This document shows, piece by piece, positions 37,209-49,008 of a DNA stretch of 64,000 bases. The position numbers were made by a program, and so were the translations under genes. A model generated the notes under the pieces. It did not search any database. It was not told the DNA's origin and saw only the letters and a program-made list of their open reading frames with translations. Origin of the DNA: Squalus acanthias (taxonomy: Eukaryota). The stretch is taken from contig CM059433.1 of assembly GCA_030390025.1 (NCBI GenBank), positions 30,382,001 to 30,446,000 on the forward strand. The letters run 5' to 3'. Position 1 is the stretch's first letter. Each line of letters opens with the position of its first letter.

Positions 37209-38043
37209 GGGCTGGATTTTGAAATTGGGGTCGGGTTGGGGTCGGGAATCACACATTCTGGCTTGTGAACCCGCCTCCATCGAGATGTGGCCAACCCACT
37301 GTATTTTCCCTTGATTGACCTTGTTGAGCCTGCCCAGTGGGCTCAGCAGGCCAATTAAGGGCCACCCGGCAACAGGTGATGTCACAGACTGACATTTCAT
37401 CTGTCAAGAGCTTTTGACAGATGAAATATCAGCGTTTGACAGCTCTGTGAAGCTGTCAAACACTGACAATATGATTTCTAACTTCAGTCCTTCCTCTCAG
37501 GCTGAGTTAGAAATCATTCCACCACAGAAAACAGAAGGCTGCAGTTTTTGACAGAACCACGGCTTTTCTGCTTTCTGTGCCGGTGAGATTTCTAACTCCC
37601 GAGAACTGAAGGGCTGACACCTGCAGGAGGAAGTTAAGGTAAGTAAAACTTTTTCCAACACTTAGCACTTACCTTACACACTTACCTCTGCACACATGCA
37701 CCCATCACTCACCTGCCCACCGGACATATCGACCCCTCCAACCCCTGCAGACCCACGGCCCACCCCGATAACTTGGCGTGGTTGCCACCTGTCGGGAAGC
37801 CCACACTTTTCTTTTTAAAATAGGGATTATGCAAAAAACTGCCTGTTAACTACCTGTTAACAGGCAGTTAATTGTCACTAATCCCTTCCCGCCTCGGGGA
37901 GTCGGGTCTCAGCACAGGTCGGGTACCCGCCGCCAGAGAAACTGGCATGGAGGCGGGATGGGGTCGGGACCCCCGAATCTGCAACTTTAACACCCCACCC
38001 CTGCCTCCAAACCCGACTCCACGGGTCATTGAAAATCCAGCCC
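37209..38043. mobile_element. Harbinger-type MITE
   Basis: TIR GGGCTGGATTTT / AAAATCCAGCCC with perfect TSD taa/taa (37206-37208, 38044-38046). An inverted relative lies at 43876-44718. Confidence 0.85.
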
Positions 38044-38137
38044 TAAATGTCACAAACTGACTGGTACCCTGTGTAAGTGTAGGTATACCAGGTAGAACAG
38101 CCATAGTAAGCTTTTCTTAATAATACACAAACTCATT

Positions 38138-38540
38138 GGCCCAGAACATGCCGCCAAAATAATGGTGAGATTAATGGCGCTCGCCGTTATTAATGCGTAA
38201 ATTGTCCAGCAACTTGTGGCGAGGAAGAGATACCCCGTGAGTTGTGAATCACCACACGTAGCTGGACATTTCGCTGTTAGCCTTGTGAAAACGACAGCTC
38301 GACCTTAACCTCCCCATGAGTTTCATGAAGTTGCTGCATTTGCACATTAATTGCCCATTAAACTCACCGCAGAAAGTTAGGGCTGGTACTTAACAGCGTA
38401 AGTACCTTCCTAATGAGCAGATTTATGTTCCTGCAATGCCACTCAGCCTCTCCAGCCCAGAAAATTAACAATTTAAACTGTAGAATCTCATTCATACAGG
38501 TAGTGAATTGCTGTTAGAGATGTAAAAAAAAATTACTTTT
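38138..38540. mobile_element. Truncated Harbinger-type MITE (family of 2493-3109)
   Basis: Starts GGCCCAGAACATGCCGCCAAAATAATGGTG and is colinear with 2493-2900. Confidence 0.65.
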
Positions 38541-39052
38541 TTATAATCAAACATATTAAAGATACAGACGCTGCAGCTTCCTTGGGGACAACTGATCTGG
38601 TCTTGCTGAGGCTAGCATAAGCACAACACACTTGCGACCTCCTGAGGATTATTTGGTATGAGTATTGGTACCTATATCTCATATGCACTGCATGTAAGGG
38701 GTTATGTTTTATTATCTCATTGACTTGGTTTAATAAAGAGTATTAACCAGATGTTTTAGTGTTTCCTAGTCCTCAAACTTGTATCAGAGGAAAAGGATGT
38801 ATGACAATATCCTATAATACCTCCACATAAGGGATAAACCCAACACTCCGTACAGGGACTTAACCTGAGATTCATCACAAAGAGGATGAGAAGTGAATTC
38901 TACTGAGCATTTCATTGAATCAGGGCATGTAACACACGAACATCATCCTTACAGAATTTTTGTATCCTTGGAATTGCACCGTTTGCAAACGTGACCCGCC
39001 CCTCTGTGAAAATTATTCATTTAAAGCAAATCAAGATAGCGTTCAATCCTAC

Positions 39053-39161
39053 CTGTGAGACATGTTGAGAGAGAAATTCTCTCCTTTGTACAGGCACGCT
39101 CCCTGCTACATTCACTTCAATCATACAGTCTCCGCCTTGGCTGGCAGGTGGTAGCAGGTAT
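39053..39161 (-). CDS. EYS: EYS internal coding exon (109 bp), laminin-G domain
   Basis: Acceptor cctttcctttcag|ATAC and donor TCACAG|gtagga. Translation (R)YLLPPASQGGDCMIEVNVAGSVPVQRREFLSQHVSQ resembles human EYS RYTTPVGSPGVVCMIEMTADGKPPVQKKDTEISHASQ. Ends in phase 0, in frame with the 221-bp exon. The size matches human exon 34 as I recall it. Confidence 0.9.
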
Positions 39162-39284
39162 CTGAAAGGAAAGGTAGACCTTCAATAAATATTTGATGCT
39201 CCTCTATGGGGTAATATTACTGCTAAATGCGGCATTTCTGGTAAGTACAGCTGCACCATGAAATGTGTTTCAGATGATTAACAG

Positions 39285-39622
39285 ATTTGATAGGGTAGAT
39301 AGATAGAACCTATTTCCTCTGGTGGGGGAGTCCAGAACAAGGGGGCATAGCCGTAAAATTAGAGCTAGGGCGTTCAGGGGTGATGCCAGGAAGCATTTCT
39401 TCGCACAAAGGGTAGTGGAAATCTGGGACTCTCTCCCCCAAAAAGCTGTTGAGGCTGGGGGTCAATTGAAAATTTCAAACTGAGAGTGCTAAATTTTTGT
39501 TGGGTAAGGGTATTAAGGGTTATGGAACCAAGGCGGGGAGATGGAGTAAAGATACAGATCAGCCGTGATCTAATTGAATGGTGGAACAGGCTCGAGGGGC
39601 TGAATGGCCTACTCCTGTTCCT
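39285..39622 (+). mobile_element. CR1 3' fragment
   Basis: GATAGGGTAGATAGA..TTCTTCGCACAAAGGGTAGTGGAAATCTGG..GGCTGAATGGCCTACTCCTGTTCCTA. Confidence 0.8.
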
Positions 39623-41697
39623 ACGATATCCATGTCATTGAAACATAACCTGAATCGGACAGCACCCATTGACCAGAACATCAACTGGGGAAACTATTAA
39701 GGCATGGATTCAGTTGAGTTAGCCATTGTCCCACTTTCTTTTGCTGCTAAACTAGTTGCAAGGTATTGGGCTTTCAAAAAGCCCTTACTGACTGACACTT
39801 GTGCACACCAGTTCACAGCTTTCTTCTGCATCAATATTATCTTGTTATTAACATACCAACAACAGGGGCTCATTACTCCTCAGTGCTGTACAATGCCTGA
39901 TGCATTTTTATTACATAGGGGATGTTTAATTTTACAAAAATGACGTTTTAGCTTGCATTCCACGATATGTGTGTTTGAAATATTTGCTTGCTGTGCACAG
40001 CGTGCAATATTAATTGGCACTAGCCGAGCTACCATCTGTGAGTATAAATCTTGACTCCGAGAGCATAGAGGAGAGAAGAGTTCCACACGTGCTATCCGGA
40101 AAGTTAAAGGTGTTGCATCCAAAGAAGGGGGGAGTCATCCTGTTTGGAGTTTACATTTAAAAAAATAATTAAGTGGCAACATTCTCCCCACATCGACTGG
40201 AAACGGAATTGATAGAAGATCATGATTTGTTTTACACGTTGCCAATAAGTACGTGCAGTTTGCTGAATTTCCCAGCATGCATCAATACAGCTCTGAGTTG
40301 AAGTGCACCCTCCCTCAATGTGTGAGGTTCTTTGCTTTTCTCACACGACTCTGGAACAAAGTGGAGGTTGAATTCTCAACGCTTTATTTTCAGGCAAGTC
40401 TCACACTTAATATATTAACAACTATGCCTTTACTATTATGAATTGCTCACTAACACATGTGATTAACAACCCCTGTAGCCTCTTTAGATAGAAAACAAAA
40501 CCAAGGCTCATTGGGATGACTGAGGAGGATGTCAGCTTGCTTTTCCTACTGATTTGAACTTAGCTGGATGATGTACTTGAATTAATGCATTTCTCCTGAT
40601 TGGCTGCTATGCCAATCATGGTAAACTCCTGAGTTCTTCATTGTGATTGCAAATTCAGTGAAAAAATATTTCTCTTCCAAAGCTTATTTGAAGCTTGTTG
40701 GTCATTTGTTTATGTATACATAAACCTGGAAACTACATAAACTTTTGAGTGTTTTAAGAGGTATGTTTTGTTAGCTGATGGAAATTTATGTTTATTAAAA
40801 ACTGGATGAGTTAGTAATCTCACCAATAATGCACCAAGTGCTTTAAGGAAGGAACTGGCTGGCAATGGGGATGTTGGCAGTACGATGCCTATCAGTGCAA
40901 AAGAGGCCATGGACAAATCGGAGGAGGGAGCTTATGATGATGGGGCGGCGGTGGGGGGGGGGGGGGGGCGGGGGATGGACTGATGCTTGTTGGAACAATA
41001 GGAGCCAAAGCCAGTTTGGGTCCCACTCTCCTGCCACCTCCAGCCCCTTCCCCCACCCACCTCCACACACAAAGACTGCTTGACCTTGCCTTCCAATACT
41101 GCCAGATCCAAGAAACCCCCAATACTGCCAGTCTCTGGACCCTCAGGACCACTCCACCCACTCTGAGATCCTGGGCCCCCTCTCACAAACTCTGAGACTG
41201 CATGCCTGCCCAGTCATTCCAGTGTCTCTGATCCCAAGACAACCCTCAATACTTCCAGACACTGAGACAGTCCCTCCCAGTGCTTGCAACTGCACCCCCC
41301 ACCCCCTCAAAGTGTTGTAAAACTATCAGACCAGGCTGCACATATATGGCCATGTGCCACCTTCTCCAGCACACTGCTTGGCATGGTCTCCAATGACTGC
41401 AGCAACACTGCATCCTTCTTTTAAAAGGAGGTTCAGAGATCTAGGTCCATCACCAGAGAAGGGACGCAAGCTGGGCCTCTGGACAGCATGCATCTGCCCC
41501 TTCTCTGTCACCACCAGCTGCTACTGATCACTTGTGTCTCACACAGCACACTACCCTCCAGCTCACCATATAAACCTCCCAGGTTGGGTGCATTTAAGCT
41601 GGTGCTTGGAAGGATCAATTTAAGTGCTGGTGTGGGCTGTAAAGTGCCAGCAAGTTCAGCGTCATGGAGCTTGACACAATTTCCTCTGGCATGCCTA

Positions 41698-42040
41698 CAA
41701 CAACAACTTGCATTTATATAATGGCTTTAATGTTGTAAAACATCCCAAGGTGCTTCACAGAAGTGTTACCAGACAAAATTTGACACAAGCCACATAAAGA
41801 GATATTAGAACAAGTGGCCAAAAAGCTTGGTCAAAGATGTAGATTTTAAGGAGCGTCCTAAAGGAGGAGAGAGAGGTAGAGACACGGAGAGAATTCCAGA
41901 GCTTAGGGCCTAGGCAGCTGAAGGATGGCTGCCAATGGTAGAGTGATGAAAATCGGGGATGCGTAAGAGGCCAGAATTGGAGGAATGCAGAGTTCTCGGA
42001 GGATTGTAGGGCTGGAGGAGGTTACAACGATGGGGAGGGA
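41698..42040 (-). mobile_element. L2 3' tail
   Basis: Matches the L2 tail at 1430-1790. Confidence 0.8.
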
Positions 42041-42429
42041 GAGAATGAGAAGAGAAAAACATTTTATAATTGTGTCCTCATGAGAAGCCTTCGTTGATAG
42101 TTTCCAATAGAAGGAGTGACATTGTAAAGTGCTTCAGTTTATGGTTTGTCATCAAGGAGGGAATGAGAAAATAGTATGGAAAAAAGCACAGGAGAAAGTG
42201 AAAGCTATATATGAAGGCTTCTCATAAAGCCCCAGCTATTAACTGAGCCAAGCTGACGCTATTTAATATAAAACACATATATATCTGGATTACATCATTT
42301 AAAAATTAAATTCTCAGGCGGAAGATTATATAGCTTTGCTATTTATAAACCAATTTAGCATAAAATGCATTTGATATACAATATTAGATATGTAAGATTA
42401 ACTACAAGGCAATCATATAATAGAAAAGA

Positions 42430-42880
42430 AAGAATTTGCATTTATATAGCGCCTTTCACGACCACAAGATGTCCCAAAGCGCTTTACAGCCAATTAGGTA
42501 TTTTCAAGTGTGGTCACTGTTGTAATGTAGGAAACCCGGCAGACAATTTGCGCACAGCAAGGTCCCACAAACAGTAATGTGATAATGACCAGATAATCTG
42601 TTTTTAGGTGTTGAGGGATAAATATTGGCCAGGACACCGGGAGAACTTCCCTGCTCTTCTTCGAATAGTGCCATGAGATCTTTGAGGGGAACCTGAGAGG
42701 GCAGACGGGGCCTCAGTTTAACATCTCATTCGAAAACCACACCTCCGACAGTGCAGCACTCCCTTAGTACTGCACTGAATTGCCAGCCTAGATTTTGTGC
42801 TCAGGTCTCTGGAGTGGGACTTAAACCCACAACTTTATAACTTAGAGATGAAAGTGGTACCCACTGAGCCACGGCTGACA
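42430..42880 (-). mobile_element. Full-length Deu-domain SINE
   Basis: Reverse complement of 34265-34690; ends CCCACTGAGCCACGGCTGACAC on +. Confidence 0.85.
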
Positions 42881-43399
42881 CCTAAAGGGTAAAAAGATAA
42901 AAGAATAAAGCTTGACTGATTTATGACCATCATGTAAACTTGTCATTTAGGCTACTGCCTTGAAATGGCTCCAGGCTATATGTATTTTTATGATACGAGA
43001 TGATTTTATTCAGTTTTGGGGTTTGTTGTGCTATTAACAGTTGGCAGCACTGTCTGTTACAACTGAGTCTCACGACAGACTTTACTCATGCTTATCACAA
43101 AGGCAGCTTTCATATCATATCAACCAAAACTTAACCTTGTGCGAGTATTAAATGGGATGCAGGATGCCTCGGGGCAAACACTCAAGCCCTTCACCACTAG
43201 GTTATACTGGGAACAGTGCGGGAAGCTCACTATATATTCCTGATTTCTTCAGTAGACAGAAAGACGTCGCACTGCCACACCATAAAATTCAGGCTAAATA
43301 ACAAATTGTTTATTAAGAGAAGGAAATATACACAGAAACAAGTTGAATCAGCAGATACAAGAAGCAAGACAGTACTTAACTCTCTTGGACATGGTACCT

Positions 43400-43635
43400 T
43401 GGAGTGGTTAGAATGTGGAACTCGCTACCACATGGAGTGGTTGAGGCAAATTGCATAGAATAACTTTTAATGGGAAGCTAGATATGTACATGAGGGAGAA
43501 AGGATAGAGGGTTATGCTGATAGGGTGAGATGAAGATGGGTGGGAGGAGGCTCATATGGAGCATTAACACCGGCACGGACTAGTTGGGCCGAATGGCCTG
43601 TTTCTGTGGTGAAAATTCTATGTAATTCTATGTAA
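43400..43635 (+). mobile_element. CR1 3' tail
   Basis: GAATGTGGAACTCGCTACCAC..GGGCCGAATGGCCTGTTTCTGTG..ATTCTATGTAATTCTATG. Confidence 0.8.
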
Positions 43636-43875
43636 TACCTGTTGTCCTTTTCCACAGGCTTTTACATGAAGTTTTTAATGTAAGGGAATGCCTTGGAGTT
43701 GTGTCTTATGACAGTGACCTAGAAATATGGCTTATCTCAAATCCTTTATACTAAAAGCCTCCTTACATATTACGAGTACTAAGTTTGAGATGGCAATGAA
43801 TTTCCAGGTAGAATAAACCATGATTGGACAGGCATTACAGAAAATGGCTGTGTGCCTTTTCACGCAGTGGGAAAT

Positions 43876-44718
43876 GGGCTCAAATTTCCAAGCCCTGTGG
43901 AGGCGGGTTTGGAGGCGGGAGTGGTGGGAAAATTGCAGATTCGGGGGGCACGTACCCATCCCGCCCCCAACCCGCCTCCATGCCAATGTCCCAGGAGGCA
44001 GGTACCCGACCTGTGCTGGGAGCCGCCTCCCCGAGGGGGGAAGGGGATTAGTGCCAATTAACTGCCTGTTAATAGGTAGTTAATAGGCAGTTTTTTGGCT
44101 AACCCCTATTTTTAACCCTGAAGTGTGGGCTGCCTGACAGCTCCAAACCACGGCAAGTTAGCGAGGTGGACCGTCGGTCTGCAGGACTTGGAGGGGTCGA
44201 GATGTCCGGTGTACAGGTGAGTGATGGGTGCATGAGTGCAGAGGTAAGTGTGTTTGGTGTGTGTAAAGTGTTTTAAGAAGTTTTACTTACCTTTACTTTC
44301 TCCTCCAGGCTTCCTCCCTTCAGGTCTCGGGAGTGCCTCAGCTCACCGGCACAGAAAGCATAATGGCCGCTGAGCTGTCAAAAGCTGCAGCCTCTGCTTT
44401 CTGGTCTGGAGAGCTCTCTAACTGAGTCTGAGTAGATAGACTCAAGTTAGAAGACAGATTGTCAGTGTTTGACAGCTTCACAGAGCTGTCAAACGCTGAT
44501 ATTTCATCTGTCAAAAGCTCTTGACAGATGAAATGTCAATCGCTGACGTCACCAGTATCCAGGTGTCCCTTAATGGCCTGCTGAGCCCGCTGGGCGTGCT
44601 TAACAAGGTCAATCAAGGGAAAGTAGCGTGGGTTGGCCACAAATCGATGGAGGCGGTACTACAACCCAAAAAGTGGGAGTCCCGCCTCCATCACGTCCCC
44701 ATTGACAAAATCGAGCCC
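43876..44718. mobile_element. Harbinger-type MITE, inverted relative of 37209-38043
   Basis: TIRs GGGCTCAAATTT / AAAATCGAGCCC. Colinear reverse-complement similarity, including the double hairpin. Confidence 0.8.
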
Positions 44719-45227
44719 TAGTGTCTGAGGAATTACTCAAACAATTTGGATAATGGTCAGTCTAAAATTAATTGACATAAAGGGGAAGGGGAGAACATTG
44801 CAGGGCTATGGGGAAAGAGCAGAGTAGTCGGACTGATTAGATAGCTCTTTCAAAGAGCTGGCACAGACATGATGGTCTGAATGGTCTTCTGTGCTGTGAG
44901 ATTGTATGATTCAAAAAACAGAAGCAGGTCTTTGTTTGAAGCTAATATTTCTATTTCAAACAGGGTCTGCATATTTTCCTCTACCCTCTACACCCACAAA
45001 CAAGCACGCACAAACATGCACATACACACACAGACACACGCACAAACATACACACATGCACAAACGTGCACACACATGCACGGACACGCACGAACAACAG
45101 AAACCCCTTCCAGAAAACATTAAGCAGAACTGTTTAGATTGATCAGAAATAGGTAGTGCTTTCAGCCAGAGATGCATATTGGCTTTCTCTTACAGGCTTT
45201 CAAGCCAAAGGAATAAAAGAAAATTTG

Positions 45228-45562
45228 ACAACAACTTGTATTTATATAGCGCCTTTAACATAGTAAAACATTCCAAGGCATTTCACAGGAGCGTATTCAA
45301 GCAAAATTTGACACCAAGCCACATAAGGAGATATTAGGGCAGATGAGAGGTAGGTTTTAAGGAGCGTCTTAAAGGAGGAAAGAGAGGCAGAGAGGTTTAG
45401 GGAGGGAATTCCAGAGCTTGGGGCCTAGGCAGCTAAAGGCATGGCTGCCAATGGTGGAGCGATGAAAATCGGCGATGCTCAAGAAGCCAGAATTGGATGA
45501 GCGCAGATATATCGGAGGGTTGTAGGGCGGGAAGAGATTACAGAGATAGGGAGGGGCAAGGC
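45228..45562 (-). mobile_element. L2 3' tail
   Basis: Matches the other L2 tails. Confidence 0.8.
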
Positions 45563-48133
45563 ATCAGTTTCCACATGTCAGCGCACATGCGGAAACTGAT
45601 GTGTTTTCGGATGATGTCACCAAGGGGAAGCATGTAGATGAGAAATAGGAGGGAGGGCCAAGGGTAAATCCTTGGGGGACACCAGAGACAACAGAAATGG
45701 CTTCGGTTTGAAAAATCCCAGTGCTCTACAATTTAATGAAAGAATATAACAGCGTGAAGGGCAAAGAGGGGGAGGAATTCTTGAAATGTGTGCAAGAGAA
45801 CTTTCTTGATGAATGTGTTTCCAGCCCAACAAGGAAGGAAGCAGTGCTGGATCTAGTCCTGGGGAATGAAGTGGGGCAAGTGGAGCATGATTCAGTTGGG
45901 GAACACTGATCATAATATCATCAGGTTTAGTTATGGAAAAGGACACGGATCTTTCAAGTGTAAAAATACTTAACTGAAGGAGAGCTAATTTCAGGGAGTT
46001 AAAAAGGGATCTGGCCCAGGTGAATTGAAATTAAAGATTTGCAAGCAAAACAGTAATTGAACAAATGGAGGGCTTCAAAGAGGATAGTTCGGGTACAGAG
46101 CAGACACATCTCATGAGGGGGAAAGGAAGCGCACCCAAAGCTAGAGCTCCCTGGATGACGAACGATATGGGGTAAAGTTTCCGCTTCGTGCGCTATCGGC
46201 GAAACAGGCACTAATTTTGAAAAGTGTTTTGTTTCTCGAGTTTCTGCTCAAACTCATTTGCATAAGGCCAAACGCAAAATCTGCCATGAACCAGCGCAAT
46301 CGGGTAGCGTTTTAAAACATAATTTAAGAAATACTTGATTTGAAAAAAAAATTCCTTGATATAGTTAAGAGTGGTGCGGTTTAATTAATACAGCTGAAAA
46401 TGGGTTTATCACAAAAAATAACCATTTTTAATCACAGTGTCGATCCACCACCTGTGGGTAACCCGATTCTAAATTACTGAAAATTGCTTAAAAAAAATAT
46501 AAAGAAACATTTGCTAGTTATAGTTGGGTACAGTAGTCAGGTACATAGTAAATTAAAAAAAATATATATTTAAAGCTTTTAAAACATTCCTATTTAAGTC
46601 CTTGCGCCCAAAAGTACGAACTTAATTTTTGGAGCCTCCTCAAAGGAAGCCTTCAAAGAGAAGATGGTTCAGGCACAGTCAAGGTACATTCCCACGAGGG
46701 GGAAAGGTAGGGAAACCAAAGCCGGAGCTCCCTGGATGACGAAAGAGATAGAGTAAGATGAAGCAGAAAAAGAACGCGTATGACAGATGTCAAACTGCGA
46801 ATACAAGTAAGAACCAGGATGAATATAGAAAGTTCTGAGGGGAAGTGAAAAAGGAAATAAGAGGGGCGAAGAGAGAGTATGAGAATGGACTGGCAGCTAA
46901 CATAAAAGGTAGTCCAAAAGCCTTCTATAGGCATATAATTAATAAACGGGTAGTAAGAGGAGGGGTGGGGCCGATTAGGGACCAAAAAGGAGACCTACGC
47001 ATGGAGGCAGAGGGCATGACTGAGGTACTAAATGAGTACTTTGCATCTGTCTTTACCAAGGAAGAAGATGCTGCCAAAGTCATAGTGAAAGAGGAAGTAG
47101 TTGAGATACTGGATGGGATAGAAATTGATAAGGAGGAGGTACTAGAAAGGCTGGCTGTACTTAAAGTAGATAAGTCACCAGGACCGGGTGGGATGCATCC
47201 TAGGATGCTGAGGGAGGTAAGGGTGGAAGTTGCGGAGGTACTGGCCATAATCTTCCAATCCTCTTTAGATACGGGGGTGGTGCCAGAGGACTGGAGAATT
47301 GCAAATGTTACACCCTTGTTCAAAAAAGGGTGCAAGGATAAACCCAGCAACTACAGACCAGTCAGTTTAACCTTGGTAGTGGGGAAGCTTTTAGAAACGA
47401 TAATCCGGGACAAAATTAACAGTCACTTGGACGAGTGTGGATTAATTAAGGAAAGCCAGCACGGGTTTGTTAAAGGCAAATCGTGTTTAACTTACTTGAT
47501 TGAGGTTTTTGATGAGGTAACAGAGAGTGTTGATGAGGGCAATGCGGTTGATGTGGTGTACATGGACTTCCAGAAGGCATTTGATAAAGTGCCACATAAT
47601 AGGCTTGCCAGCAAAGTTGAAGCCCATGGAATAAAAGGGACAGTGGCAGCATGGATACAAAATTGGCTAAGCGACAGGAAACAGAGAGTAGTATTGAATG
47701 GTTGATTTTCGGACTGGAGGAAGGTATACAGTGGTGTTCCCCAGGGGTCGGTACTAGAACCACTGCTTTTCTTGATATATATAAATAACTTGGGCTTGGG
47801 TGTACAGGGCACAATTTAAAAATTTGCAGATGACATAAAACTTGGAAGTATAGTGAACAGTGAGGAGGATAGTGATAGACTTCAAGAGGACATAGACAGG
47901 CTGGTGGAATGGGCGGACACGTGGCAGATGAAATTTAATGCAGAAAAGTGCAAGTGATACATTTTGGTAGGAAGAACGAGGAGAGGCCATATAAACTGAA
48001 GGGTACAATTCTAAAGGGGGTGCATGAACAGAGAGACCTGGGGGTTTATGTGCACAAATCGTTGAAGGTGGCAGGGCAGGTTGAGAAAGTGATTAAAAAA
48101 AGCATACGGGATCCTGGGCTTCATAAATAGAGG

Positions 48134-48383
48134 TACAAAAGCAAAATACTGCAGATGCTGAAAATCTGAAATAAAAACAGAAAATGCTGGAAATACTCAG
48201 CAGGTCAGGCAGCATCTGTGGAGAGAGAAACAGAGTTAACGTTTCAGGTCGATGACCCTTTGCCAGAACTGGAAAAAGTTGGAGATGGAACAGGTTTTTA
48301 AGCAAGTGTAGGGGCAGGGAAAGGGGGGAGGGGAGGAAAGAACAAAAGGGAAAGTCTGTGATAGGATGGAAGGCAGGAGAGAT
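48134..48383 (-). mobile_element. Penelope-like element terminal fragment
   Basis: Minus strand reads TTCTGGCAAAGGGTCATCGACCTGAAACGTTAACTCTG..CAGATGCTGCCTGACCTGCTGAG, resembling hammerhead-bearing PLE termini (family assignment from memory). Confidence 0.55.
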
Positions 48384-48386
48384 ACA

Positions 48387-49008
48387 GGCCGGAATTTTGC
48401 TGGTCCTCAGAGTGCGGGATTGGAGGCGGGACCGCTGTAGGAAACCCACTGTCAACCCGCCTCCAATCAATCTTCCCAAGTATCGGGTCCCCGATTTGCG
48501 CATGGACCCGACACCTAGCAGCGGGAAGAGGATTATAGCTATTTACTTGGCTGTTAACAGGTACTTGATACTTGTTAACAGGCTCTTTTCAAATTTGTCG
48601 CTTCTGCCTCGGGTTCCCCAATGTCCGGACACCACGCAGGTAAGTGTGGCATGTTGTGAGTCTGCTGTAATGTTTCTGCATTGATGACAGCTGCAGAAGT
48701 GGTGTGAAGGATCCAATGGTGCACTGGTGAGTTTCAGAGGTAAGAAAATGTTGGAAAAATCATTTTTAATGCATTTACACTTTTCTGCAGGTAACAAGTT
48801 TTGAATTGGCTGTCTAGTCCCACCTCATTGGGAGAACCTCTCTCACCAGTGACAGATCGCTTCTGTAACCTCACCTGCAGCTGCCATCTGTTCCAGCCTA
48901 TGGAGGAAGTCATTGGAGAGCCTGGGTGCAAGAGCTCACCTTTGTACAGTGATTGTCAGTGTTTGCAGCACCTCAATGCTGTCAAACACTGAGAAATGAG
49001 CTGTCAAA
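48387..49008. mobile_element. Truncated Harbinger-type MITE
   Basis: Starts GGCCGGAATTTTGCTGG. Shares GTTAACAGG and TGTCAGTGTTT..CTGTCAAACACTGA motifs with 37209-38043. No right TIR. Confidence 0.55.

Noticed and set aside
40850..41700. GC-richer segment with a G run and several short ORFs
   Set aside because: No recognisable protein motif, termini or second copy in the window.
46845..47705. 286-aa RT-like ORF as a host or domesticated gene
   Set aside because: Fragment of a CR1 ORF2 with stops on either side.
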